64,000 nucleotides of DNA from positions 1-64,000 of the IMG/VR virus record IMGVR_UViG_3300025066_000012. One strand, given 5' to 3'. The translations under genes were made by a program, and so were the position numbers. The stretch's first letter is position 1, and each line of letters opens with the position of its first letter. Positions 26,780 to 35,663 of the stretch are shown one piece after another. The notes under the pieces are model-generated. The model was not told the DNA's origin, did no database searches, and saw only the letters and a list, made by a program, of their open reading frames with translations. The stretch comes from a virus (taxonomy: Duplodnaviria; Caudoviricetes).

Positions 26780-27520
26780 CTATATTTCGTATCGAATTTT
26801 AATCTTAGTTGTAAACGGATCAACACAGGTCGGATCACCAAACATTTGGCCTATATTAACTCTTACTTGGTTTATGCCTATGAATACGACGTTTGCCTCA
26901 GCAACCACTGGAGTTAGTTTCTTTAATTCCGTTGACATAAATCTCGGAATGGGAGCCATGTTAGACTTTCCGATATCCGCAGATATTTCCAGTGGAGTAT
27001 TTAGTACTGCGATAGAATCTAGTACTATAATTCCAAGATTCTTAAACTTCGGATCAACACCCTCGATGACATGATCCAAAATACCCCTCATGCCCTTCGT
27101 GACCTTCTTGGTTGTCTTATTGACTTTAGTCTTCCCAAGCAGACCCTCAAAGATTTTCTTAGCCTCATTCGTTTTAATTACCATCACTCTCGATATATCA
27201 ACGCCTTGTTTCTCTGCCCAGGTTGGATCATAAGTATATTCGGCATCAATGAATAATGCTGTATTATTTGGATTTTCGTTTAGGTATTCTCTAATACAAG
27301 ACAGTGCAAGCATTGTTTTCCCGGAACTTTCCTTCCCGGCAAACTGAGTAATTCTTCCTCTTGGCACTCCGCCAATACCGATTGCCTCATCAAGCGATGG
27401 ACTACCAGTGCTAATTGACTCATATTTTGTAGAAATACTCCCATCAAAAAAGATAGAATCTTCTCCAAAGAACTTAGTAATTTCCTTCTGTGCTTCAGAA
27501 GGAGTCATTTTTTTAGACAT
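26780..27520 (-). CDS. recA: RecA N-terminal extein fused to a 15-aa split-intein N-fragment
   Basis: ISTGSPSLDEAIGIGGVPRGRIT, Walker A GKESSGKT, FIDAE, IVLDSIA and INQVRVNIGQMFGDPT, followed by CVDPFTTKIKIRYEI-stop. Confidence 0.92.
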   Translation of the reverse strand: MSKKMTPSEAQKEITKFFGEDSIFFDGSISTKYESISTGSPSLDEAIGIGGVPRGRITQFAGKESSGKTMLALSCIREYLNENPNNTALFIDAEYTYDPTWAEKQGVDISRVMVIKTNEAKKIFEGLLGKTKVNKTTKKVTKGMRGILDHVIEGVDPKFKNLGIIVLDSIAVLNTPLEISADIGKSNMAPIPRFMSTELKKLTPVVAEANVVFIGINQVRVNIGQMFGDPTCVDPFTTKIKIRYEI

Positions 27521-27531
27521 TAAATCTCCAA

Positions 27532-29178
27532 TTAATATTTATGTGATAAAGTGCCCTCTTGTGGTGGCCTCCATCCTGCGGGAGCCTGCCAGCTAGAAGG
27601 ATTCTCAGGCTGCTCAGAAACCACAGCATCGGTATTTATCAAGAGCAACGATATACTTGTGGCATTTTCCAGGGCAGTTTTTGTAACTTTTGTAGGATCT
27701 ATCACTCCAGACTCAACCAAATCTTCGTAAGAGTTTGTGGCAGCATTATATCCATAATTAAAGTTATCCACGCCTAGCACATTGTCTATAATTTTATTGC
27801 CATCTTCATAAGCATTAACTGCAATCTGATACATAGGCCTCGCACACGCGCCTATAAGTACGCGTGCGGCCGGGACTAGATCCTCTTGTAGCAAGCTTAA
27901 GTCAACCTCTTTTGCTGCTCTCAGTAATGCTGTTCCGCCACCGGGTACATAGCCCTCCTCAATTGCGGCTCTTGTGGCGCAAATTGAGTCCTCAACTCTG
28001 TCCCCCTTTTCTCTAAGCTCCAATTCGGTTGAGTAACCAACAGATATTACTGCTGCTTTATTCTGAATAAAAGCTATGCGCTTCTTAGTATCTAGCCTAG
28101 CAGAATCTCCTATCAGCTTACCTAGATCTTCGTTATAAATGCGAAGTTTCTCCTCATACCTCACCGGATCCTTATCTCCTTCTAGAATCTTGGTAGAGAA
28201 TCTATTCACAGACACCCTCTTCGCAAATCCTAGATCAGATACCGCTGCGTTCTTCAGTGGAACACCACTTTCTTCTGAGAAAACCTTTGTGCCAACAAGA
28301 ACAGATAGAGCTTCTAACCATTCGCTCTGAGTCGGCCCAAAGACTGGAAGATTAACTGCAACTGCCCGAAGTCTTCCGAGCTTGTTATTTGCAACCAGTG
28401 TTGTTAACACCTCCTGTTTTACGGCTTTAGCGAGAATAAGAACCGGAACATTATTGTCAGACAACTCATTAAAGAGTCCTAGGCAAGAAGACAAGTTCGC
28501 GATCTCGTCATTGCAAATTAGAATTCTACAATTATTTATTTGAGATTCGGTTTGTCCTTCTTCGGTTAAGAACGCTGGAGTTATAAATCCTGATTCTATT
28601 TCAATTCCATCTGTAAACCTAACTGAGTTCCCAGCTTCGGGGAAAGCCTCAGCTACCACTGTTCCGTCCATCCCTACAGCATGAAAGGCTTCTGCAATTT
28701 TATTGCCCAACTCGGAGTCATTGTTGGCAGAGATGGTTGCAATATTTCTTAAGTCCTCTAGTGAGGAAACCTCAATCGATCTTGTGTTGAGATTCCTGAT
28801 GATCTCTTTCAGGGCCCACTCTATTCCTGCCTTAAAATGTAATGGGCTATAATTTGTCTCAATTAAAGCACACCCTTTCTTGAGGATTTCATGAGTAAGC
28901 ACTGTGGCGGTTGTTGTTCCATCCCCTGCTATAGCGGCGGTTCTTCCTGCCACCTCTTTGATCATCTGACAGGCAAGCTCCTCAACCGGATCTTCTAAGG
29001 TAATCTCTCTGGCTACCGTAACTCCATCCTTAGTGAGAACTGGCGCTCCCACAAACTTTCCGAGAATTACATTCTTTCCTTGAGGCCCCATTGTTACTGC
29101 GACAACTTTTGCTAACTTCTCTGATCCGGAGAGGATTTTAGCTCTAGCATTATTTTTAAAAGTTATATCTTTAGCCAT
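27532..29178 (-). CDS. groEL: Chaperonin GroEL
   Basis: MAKDITF, TMGPQG, TKDGVTVAREI, AGDGTTTAT, VPGGGTALL, GVIDPTKV. Confidence 0.96.
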   Translation of the reverse strand: MAKDITFKNNARAKILSGSEKLAKVVAVTMGPQGKNVILGKFVGAPVLTKDGVTVAREITLEDPVEELACQMIKEVAGRTAAIAGDGTTTATVLTHEILKKGCALIETNYSPLHFKAGIEWALKEIIRNLNTRSIEVSSLEDLRNIATISANNDSELGNKIAEAFHAVGMDGTVVAEAFPEAGNSVRFTDGIEIESGFITPAFLTEEGQTESQINNCRILICNDEIANLSSCLGLFNELSDNNVPVLILAKAVKQEVLTTLVANNKLGRLRAVAVNLPVFGPTQSEWLEALSVLVGTKVFSEESGVPLKNAAVSDLGFAKRVSVNRFSTKILEGDKDPVRYEEKLRIYNEDLGKLIGDSARLDTKKRIAFIQNKAAVISVGYSTELELREKGDRVEDSICATRAAIEEGYVPGGGTALLRAAKEVDLSLLQEDLVPAARVLIGACARPMYQIAVNAYEDGNKIIDNVLGVDNFNYGYNAATNSYEDLVESGVIDPTKVTKTALENATSISLLLINTDAVVSEQPENPSSWQAPAGWRPPQEGTLSHKY

Positions 29179-29722
29179 TATTTCTATCCTTGTATATGTA
29201 TGTTAAACAAACCGCTATAGCATCAGCTTCATCAAGACATTCTTTTGCTAGATTTCCGGCTCTATTTTTTCTAGTTTCAAAGCCCTCAAAGTACTTACAG
29301 ATGTATTCGAACGCTTCTTCTTTTGAAGTAATTTTCGTTTTAGACATCTTGCTTAAGATAGATCTTATCGTACTTACTGCGTAACTCGTTGGCTCCATAT
29401 TGATAGCCTCCAAGCACCCCATTGATGTTACCTCATTAAATAACGACAATGTGATGATTGTTCTAGCTGTACTTTTCCCCCTTGGGAATCTACTCGCATA
29501 AGATTCTAGGGCTACAAAATCTGGATTCTTTTGCTTCAGAAAACTCTTTAGAGTATCTGAATAGCTTAATGCCCGAAAGGCAAGAGATCCCTTCGTAGAC
29601 TTAGGAGGCTTTATGTGGCCATACTCTATAAGGTGTTCGGTCTTATCATCATATGCGATAATACACCACCCTGTGGTTGCCGACGATACATCTAATCCTA
29701 GTATTCTCTTCATATTTTTCAT
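29171..29722 (-). CDS. ruvC: RuvC-like Holliday junction resolvase
   Basis: RILGLDVSSATTGW, VALE and DEADAIAV RNase H-fold catalytic residues. Confidence 0.78.
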   Translation of the reverse strand: MKNMKRILGLDVSSATTGWCIIAYDDKTEHLIEYGHIKPPKSTKGSLAFRALSYSDTLKSFLKQKNPDFVALESYASRFPRGKSTARTIITLSLFNEVTSMGCLEAINMEPTSYAVSTIRSILSKMSKTKITSKEEAFEYICKYFEGFETRKNRAGNLAKECLDEADAIAVCLTYIYKDRNNG

Positions 29723-29761
29723 AAAAAAGGCGCACAGAGATTATACTCTGTGCGCCTTTTT
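29723..29761 (-). terminator. Bidirectional-type intrinsic terminator after SSB
   Basis: AAAAAGGCGCACAGAG-attata-CTCTGTGCGCCTTTTT perfect inverted repeat with A/T tracts on both sides. Confidence 0.8.
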
Positions 29762-29782
29762 ATCTAGGTTAGAAAAGGACTC

Positions 29783-30415
29783 TTATTCGAAATCGAACTC
29801 AAAATCCTCGCTCGTTGCAGTTTTGCTGTTGGTGCCCGTTGTCGAATCTGAGTCACCCTCAGAGAGGCTCCAGCCCATCTTTGCCGCCACCGCTTCCGAC
29901 GTAGCCGGAGTGATGAGCTTCTCCAGATTAACTCTATCATTGAACTCAACAAACTTTGACTTAAAGTCTGACGATAGAGCCTCTTTGGGGTTCGGCGTTA
30001 CACTGTATAGCGGCTGCTGGCCCTTCGGACCCCTGTTGACAGTAATATCATATGCCGTTACCTTGCCCCATCGGGAGTTGTTGTACAGAGACTTAATTCC
30101 GTTATAAATCTGAGGGCCAATCTCTAGGAGGCGGAACTCATCATCAGTTCGATCAAGAATTTTCACGAACCATCGGGCCTGTCTCTTGAATCCTGAATCC
30201 TCAAGCCGACGAACCAACTCGGGATGATTTGCTGGCGAATTAATCTTGCCCTTAGTTCCATCGGGCCCTGTGACCCAATGAATATAAAACTGAACAGGAT
30301 TGCCCATAACGCGAACAATATTCTCACCCTCTGTTAGTCTAGCAAAATCAGACTTCTGTGAAGACTCTGAGTCTGCTGAATTCCAATCAACCTCTCCAAA
30401 TACCATATTTCCCAT
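29783..30415 (-). CDS. Single-stranded DNA-binding protein (T4 gp32-like)
   Basis: F.RLTEGENIVRV, HW, LLEIGPQIY, YDITVNR..G....YSV.P and an acidic aromatic tail (EDFEFDFE). Replication context. Confidence 0.72.
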   Translation of the reverse strand: MGNMVFGEVDWNSADSESSQKSDFARLTEGENIVRVMGNPVQFYIHWVTGPDGTKGKINSPANHPELVRRLEDSGFKRQARWFVKILDRTDDEFRLLEIGPQIYNGIKSLYNNSRWGKVTAYDITVNRGPKGQQPLYSVTPNPKEALSSDFKSKFVEFNDRVNLEKLITPATSEAVAAKMGWSLSEGDSDSTTGTNSKTATSEDFEFDFE

Positions 30416-30453
30416 ATCTACTCCTTGTGCTTAAGAGCACAAATTAGCCATTT

Positions 30454-30493
30454 GCACGTTATTACGCAGTATTGCGCGGTATTGTGCGTTGTT
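30454..30493 (-). repeat. Four degenerate 10-nt tandem repeats in the SSB leader
   Basis: Minus strand AACAACGCAC AATACCGCGC AATACTGCGT AATAACGTGC, followed by a hairpin TTGTGCT-ctta-AGCACAA abutting the GGAG SD. Confidence 0.65.
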
Positions 30494-30506
30494 TGGCTCT
30501 GTGGAT

Positions 30507-31061
30507 TTATCCCCAATCTATCTCTTCGGAGTCACCTCCGAAATCATTTGACTGAGAATTTCCGGGGAACGTATCACCCTCAGTCTTTGAAGCCCCGAAG
30601 CCTATGCTGCTTGCCGCCTCAATAGAATAATCTCTTTTTAGGAAAGTCTTGAGAGCATAATGCCATCCCGAGAAGTATCCTGCCTTATTTTCTAACCATT
30701 TCTTGCAAGCCTTCGCTAGTACCTGTTTGTTGCAGGCCGCAATATAATCATCGTCGGCTTGAGCAAACCATTCTTTATCTTTCGCAGTCTTATGCCCAGC
30801 TTTAACAGCCTTATTCAAGGCTGCATCTGACCATGCCTTATTCTTTCCTGCATCAAGATGGCTAATCCATCTATCGATTTGGACTATTCTCTCTTGGCAT
30901 TGATTCTGCCCCTCAAGGGTTAGCAGCAAACATCTTTCTGCTATATTTAGATCAACAATGCCATTAGCAGGAAGCGCAGCCTCAATGTCTTCTATCGACT
31001 TAATATCGATATCCTTTATCGAAAAAGCTTCAACAGAGAGTTTTTCGTATAATTTACTCAT
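30507..31061 (-). CDS. Coiled-coil protein, possible UvsY-like recombination mediator
   Basis: ATG at 31061 (MSKLYE) with GGAG SD. Long helical protein next to SSB. Function inferred from context. Confidence 0.5.
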   Translation of the reverse strand: MSKLYEKLSVEAFSIKDIDIKSIEDIEAALPANGIVDLNIAERCLLLTLEGQNQCQERIVQIDRWISHLDAGKNKAWSDAALNKAVKAGHKTAKDKEWFAQADDDYIAACNKQVLAKACKKWLENKAGYFSGWHYALKTFLKRDYSIEAASSIGFGASKTEGDTFPGNSQSNDFGGDSEEIDWG

Positions 31062-31392
31062 CCTGTTCTCCAAAAACGACGGCCTCAATTCGCTCGACCC
31101 GCTCAACAATATTATCCACGGATTCCCTGCTGACAATTTTTTCACTAACTTTTTTCAGTTCGCCATCCAGCATTCTTATCCTCTGGTTCATCATAACATT
31201 TAGGATAAAGTACACAACACCAATATGAACAACGTTATCTATTGGTGGAGTTATTGATATTAAAATTCCGTTTTTATCTGTAGAGAACAAACCTACAAAG
31301 CCTTTTGGCCCAAACTGCTCAACTAGAGCGTTATAGTATCCAAACTCTGAATCGCTAAGATCAAGTCGCTTGTTTCCAACCGCCCTTATCAT
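31054..31392 (-). CDS. Hypothetical protein
   Basis: 112-aa ORF overlapping both neighbours. Confidence 0.72.
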   Translation of the reverse strand: MIRAVGNKRLDLSDSEFGYYNALVEQFGPKGFVGLFSTDKNGILISITPPIDNVVHIGVVYFILNVMMNQRIRMLDGELKKVSEKIVSRESVDNIVERVERIEAVVFGEQDE

Positions 31393-31904
31393 CGTTTGAG
31401 CCTCCTAACTGACGCGCCCGGACTTCTTACCCCACTTTCTTTGGCTAACCGCTTTAGCCTTTCAATCTTCAGATCTGCGTCTAAAGCCTCTGGTAATAGA
31501 TCTTTGTTCTTCTTTAAGATTTCCTTGCGAACCTGCTCTCTTATGTCCTCATAAGACTCTTCGGTCGCAGCAGCCTCAGTGCTCGCCGCTGGAGGCCCCT
31601 CCTTCGCCTCTGTGGCCTGCGGCTCTGCACCTTCGGCTCCTGGCTCGCCTTCCTCGGAGGGAGCCTTAGCGACGACGTCAGGGGGGAAGAACTCTATCAG
31701 CATAAATAGCGCTATATCAAAAAGATCATCAGCTACAAGCTTTTCCGAAAATGGCTGATTAGAAAGCTTCTGACGAAGCAGATCTAAGCGCCGACTATGT
31801 AGATTCCCCAATAGGGCTCCACCACATGCCGGACAACAGTTTTTCATAAGAGAATGTCTCATCGAGTGTTGAACTTCGAAGTTACAGTTTCTACAATTCA
31901 TCAT
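31389..31904 (-). CDS. Hypothetical protein with an N-terminal zinc ribbon
   Basis: CRNC...CPACG; ATGA overlap with dnaE. Confidence 0.72.
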   Translation of the reverse strand: MMNCRNCNFEVQHSMRHSLMKNCCPACGGALLGNLHSRRLDLLRQKLSNQPFSEKLVADDLFDIALFMLIEFFPPDVVAKAPSEEGEPGAEGAEPQATEAKEGPPAASTEAAATEESYEDIREQVRKEILKKNKDLLPEALDADLKIERLKRLAKESGVRSPGASVRRLKR

Positions 31905-34900
31905 AATGATTTCCCGTAAACCCTCTCAAGGCTTGAGAGGGCTAAGTCTTTTTGGTCCAAATAACTATTTACTTTGCAAATCGCCTTGATTGGCGTTCCA
32001 TCTTTTAGGATTGCCTTATATCTTTCGTAATCATCAGCCCAAAGCGTCATACCACAAGTGTCTCCATTGACATCCTCTACTAAGTATTTTGCAAATTTCT
32101 TCCCTACATTTTTACCATTTTTGATCTTAAATTCCTTAATTTTTGTTTTAATTATTGCTTCTATTTTTAGCCTAACTCCTTCTGATTGAATCTTGACATC
32201 AGAAAGCTGAGTTACCATCGGCCCGCCAGTAAAGAAGCTCTTGAACACTTCATGTAAACTTCCTGACAACGAGCGGCCCATAACCTCTCTTTCGTTAAGA
32301 AGAATCTCTTTTCTATCCCATTCGTCAGCGTTTGTCGTAAAGGCTGTAGCTGCTACAATTTCTGAGAATCTACTTGAGTCGGCCGGAATGTTATACTCCT
32401 CAAGCAGCAACTCAAAATTATCTTTTGAAACCTTTTTCCAGGCAGGATTGTCGGCAAGAATTTTCTTTTCTATAGTCTTCTTTACTGCCGTCCTTGCTTT
32501 GGACCTGTACTTTTGATAGTTATCATGCATATCTTTTCTTGACAACTCAAAGCAATCCATTGCTCCAGACTTCGACAGTGACTCAAGGACTATTTTTCCA
32601 ACCGTTCTGCTGTTGTTTTTTGAAACAAATTCTCCAAAACTAGCATATGGTTTATTTTCAAGAATGCTCTCGATAGCCTTTTCTCCGACACCCTTTACTG
32701 CAGAAAGTCCGGTGATAATCGCTCCGTCCTCTCCTATTGCATAGGGCCCAATAGACTTATTAACATCTGGATGCGTAATATCTATTTCCATATTCTTGCA
32801 CTCAGATATATATTCCTGCGTCTTATCGCTATTCGGATCTTCTGAGTTTATCAGAGCGCACATAAACTCTGTTGGATAATGATGGCGAAGCCACGCGGTA
32901 TAAAAAGATATTTTAGAATAAGAGATAGAGTGAGACTTGTTGAAACTATATTTTCCAAGAGGAAGTATAAAGTCTCTCCATATTAAAGTAGCAGTTTTGT
33001 GGGTCATATTGCTATAGTCCATGCAGTCTTTTATGAATGCCGCCTCAGTTCTGAGAACCATATCCTTGTCTTTCCCCTTTAGTTTGCTGATTTTGCGAAG
33101 AGCATCTGCCTGATTTAGATCCCACCCGGCGCAATCCTGAGCGATAAACATCGCCTGTTCCTCATAAACTAGCACCCCATAGGTGGTCTTTAGTGCTCGC
33201 TCTAGCTTTGGGTGCTCATAGTCAAATTCCCCCTTTCCAAGACGTCTCTTTATATACTTCTTTCTTGCCTCAGGAAGACAAGACGGCCTACCCAATGCGT
33301 TAATATCAGATATATCTCCAATAACTTTAGGCTTTATCTTTATGCATAGGGGCGTTAGCGATGACTCAAGCTGAAACACTCCTGACGTTTCTCCCCGCCC
33401 AAGCATATCATATACTTCTTGGTCATTTAAATCGATGTTATCGGTTGTAAGGCTTTTTCCAGTTGTCAAGCTTATAAGTTTAAAGGCATTATCGATCACC
33501 GTCAGTGTCTTGACACCCAAAAGATCCATCTTTATAAGGCCATTATCTTCACATCTAGTTTTTTCCCACTGGGTGACGGTGTTTCCATCTTTGTCAATTC
33601 TCAATGGAATAGTCTCATACAGCGGATCTTCGCCAATAACTATGCCAGCAGCATGGACAGACCAGTTTCGAGTTAGATTCTGGAGCTTATTGCCATATTC
33701 GTAAAGTTCGGGATACTTTTTCATAAGCTGAGAAAATTGAGGACTATCTTCTACGGCCTCTTCTAAAGTTTTTGCGTCAGGCATTATAGATGTAATATAA
33801 TTTGAAATCTTAAATGCTTGAGATTTATCACCACCCAAACGAAGGCTTCTTGCTACGTCCTTGATGACGACCTTTGGAGACAGAGTGCTCCAGTTAGAAA
33901 TCGATGCAACCTTATCATTTCCATATTTTTCTTTAATATATTCCTTGACAACGCCGGGATCTGAGAAATCCGTATCTATATCTGGGAATGATTTCTTTTG
34001 ATTATTGTGAAATCTCTCAAAGATCAAATCATATTCGATTGGATCTACATCGGTGATTCCAGTTAAATATGCAACCAAACTTCCAGACGCCGATCCTCTT
34101 CCAGGCCCAACAGGCATCCTTTTTTTCGCCCAATTTATGTAGTCAGAAACGATGAGCATATAAGACGAGAAGTTCTTCTCCTCCAACACTCCGAGTTCAA
34201 CCTTTACTCTATCCCAATAGAGTTCTTTTTTCTCATTATCAAACTCTGCTGCTTTCTTTTTAAATCCATCAATACATCGGTACCTTAGGAGTGCTTTATC
34301 CTCCGAAACTGTAGACCCAGTTTTCTCATACCACAAAGAAAAGGCATCATAATCTGGTTCGTTTTTAACCGGAAAAGTCGGAAGTCTTGCGCCCTTTGGC
34401 TTAATATAGTGTGGTTCATCACAAGCATTCATGATCTTGATTGTATTTTCCATGCCTTTGCTGGCGATTTTATTGCCAAAGAAATCAACAATTTCACTTG
34501 AAGCCTTTAAATACATGTCCTGTACACCATATCGGAATCTATCAGGATCATTAACAGCCTTTTTATCTTTGATTGCTAACATAAAATCGTGATACTTTGC
34601 GTGTTCTTTATCTCGATAGTGAGCATCACAAGTTATTACATACGGAATACCAAGGTCGCCTGAGATTCTCAGGAGAGACTCATTAAGCTTTACTTGATTA
34701 ACTTCTGTTCCGTTTTTATTTGTTGCCTGCAAAGCGTGCGGCTGCAACTCAAGAAAGAATCGATCATTAAATATTGAATGGAACCGATTGATGTACTCTA
34801 TGGCCAACTTCTCATCTTGCTCGGTTATAAGGGTCTTTGCGACAAGACCATTGCAACAAGCTGTAAGTGCGAAAACACCTTCATTATATTTCTCGATATG

Positions 34901-35272
34901 CTCCCAGGAAATTCTCGGAACTCTTTTTCCCATGTATCCAGAAACTTGATTTTGAAAAGCTAAGTAATTTAGTCTTAAGATATTTTTATATCCTGTCTCA
35001 TTTTTGGCCAACAAAACAAGATGGTAGTTCTTTTTCTCCGAGAGATCATCCGCAAAATACGCTTCCATACCGGGAATAAACTTTATGCCAGTTTCTTGGC
35101 TTGCGAGATAGGCGTCATAGGTGGCAGTCAGTGTTCCGTGATCTGTCACGGCTACTGCTGGATGCCCAATCTCTTTGGCTCTCTTAAATAAATCTAAAGT
35201 GTCGTTCATTCCGTCGAGCGGGCTTCCCAGCTCTGTATGATTATGAAGCGATACGAATGGGCCTTTTGACAT
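31901..35272 (-). CDS. dnaE: DNA polymerase III alpha subunit (family C)
   Basis: PHP domain LHNHTELGSPLDG and AVTDHG, then GPGRGSASGSL, PDIDTDF, HAAGIV, KMDLLG, YSFNKSHS and a C-terminal OB fold. Start at 35272 (MSKGPF) with AAGGAG SD. Confidence 0.96.
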   Translation of the reverse strand: MSKGPFVSLHNHTELGSPLDGMNDTLDLFKRAKEIGHPAVAVTDHGTLTATYDAYLASQETGIKFIPGMEAYFADDLSEKKNYHLVLLAKNETGYKNILRLNYLAFQNQVSGYMGKRVPRISWEHIEKYNEGVFALTACCNGLVAKTLITEQDEKLAIEYINRFHSIFNDRFFLELQPHALQATNKNGTEVNQVKLNESLLRISGDLGIPYVITCDAHYRDKEHAKYHDFMLAIKDKKAVNDPDRFRYGVQDMYLKASSEIVDFFGNKIASKGMENTIKIMNACDEPHYIKPKGARLPTFPVKNEPDYDAFSLWYEKTGSTVSEDKALLRYRCIDGFKKKAAEFDNEKKELYWDRVKVELGVLEEKNFSSYMLIVSDYINWAKKRMPVGPGRGSASGSLVAYLTGITDVDPIEYDLIFERFHNNQKKSFPDIDTDFSDPGVVKEYIKEKYGNDKVASISNWSTLSPKVVIKDVARSLRLGGDKSQAFKISNYITSIMPDAKTLEEAVEDSPQFSQLMKKYPELYEYGNKLQNLTRNWSVHAAGIVIGEDPLYETIPLRIDKDGNTVTQWEKTRCEDNGLIKMDLLGVKTLTVIDNAFKLISLTTGKSLTTDNIDLNDQEVYDMLGRGETSGVFQLESSLTPLCIKIKPKVIGDISDINALGRPSCLPEARKKYIKRRLGKGEFDYEHPKLERALKTTYGVLVYEEQAMFIAQDCAGWDLNQADALRKISKLKGKDKDMVLRTEAAFIKDCMDYSNMTHKTATLIWRDFILPLGKYSFNKSHSISYSKISFYTAWLRHHYPTEFMCALINSEDPNSDKTQEYISECKNMEIDITHPDVNKSIGPYAIGEDGAIITGLSAVKGVGEKAIESILENKPYASFGEFVSKNNSRTVGKIVLESLSKSGAMDCFELSRKDMHDNYQKYRSKARTAVKKTIEKKILADNPAWKKVSKDNFELLLEEYNIPADSSRFSEIVAATAFTTNADEWDRKEILLNEREVMGRSLSGSLHEVFKSFFTGGPMVTQLSDVKIQSEGVRLKIEAIIKTKIKEFKIKNGKNVGKKFAKYLVEDVNGDTCGMTLWADDYERYKAILKDGTPIKAICKVNSYLDQKDLALSSLERVYGKSL

Positions 35273-35285
35273 TTTTCTCCTTAAA

Positions 35286-35323
35286 AATAGGTGTAGCGGA
35301 CGCAATGGCCCGCTACACCTATT
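35286..35323 (-). terminator. Terminator-like hairpin immediately before the dnaE SD
   Basis: 14-bp stem AATAGGTGTAGCGG / CCGCTACACCTATT, followed by TTTAAGGAG on the minus strand. Confidence 0.7.
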
Positions 35324-35352
35324 CTACTCGCGCGATTAAAGTTGGCCTAAGA

Positions 35353-35649
35353 TTATTCGGCTACCATTCCGTGGATATTATCATAGATTTCATTAACGAT
35401 CTCCATATCGATATCTTTCTTGGCAGCCGCCAGCGCCTGTGCTAGCTCCTTCTTTGGAAGGCTTTTCGCCTTAAGGAAGTCGGAGGACCAATCTCGTCGG
35501 GCCTCCTGCAGATCCTTGATGCTTAGCTCATAAACCATATACTGCTTCACATACTCTTTTACGTCTTCCATGGCCCAAGTAGTTCCGCCATCTTCTGACT
35601 CGTTAAAAATTCGGACCATACTACCCTGTTCTGCCTCTTCTGCACTCAT
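35353..35649 (-). CDS. Small helical protein, possibly a GapR/T4 DsbA-like DNA-binding protein
   Basis: 98 aa; the pattern VKEYVKQY..YE..IKDLQE....W...F.K...L.KK.L..AL resembles that family. GGAG SD. Confidence 0.45.
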   Translation of the reverse strand: MSAEEAEQGSMVRIFNESEDGGTTWAMEDVKEYVKQYMVYELSIKDLQEARRDWSSDFLKAKSLPKKELAQALAAAKKDIDMEIVNEIYDNIHGMVAE

Positions 35650-35663
35650 AAAAACTCCTATTA

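Noticed and set aside
26440-26782. Contiguous cis-intein in recA broken only by a sequencing error or TAG readthrough
   Set aside because: A TAA follows the IntN TAG after two codons, the spacer has several frame breaks, and IntC has its own SD and start codon.
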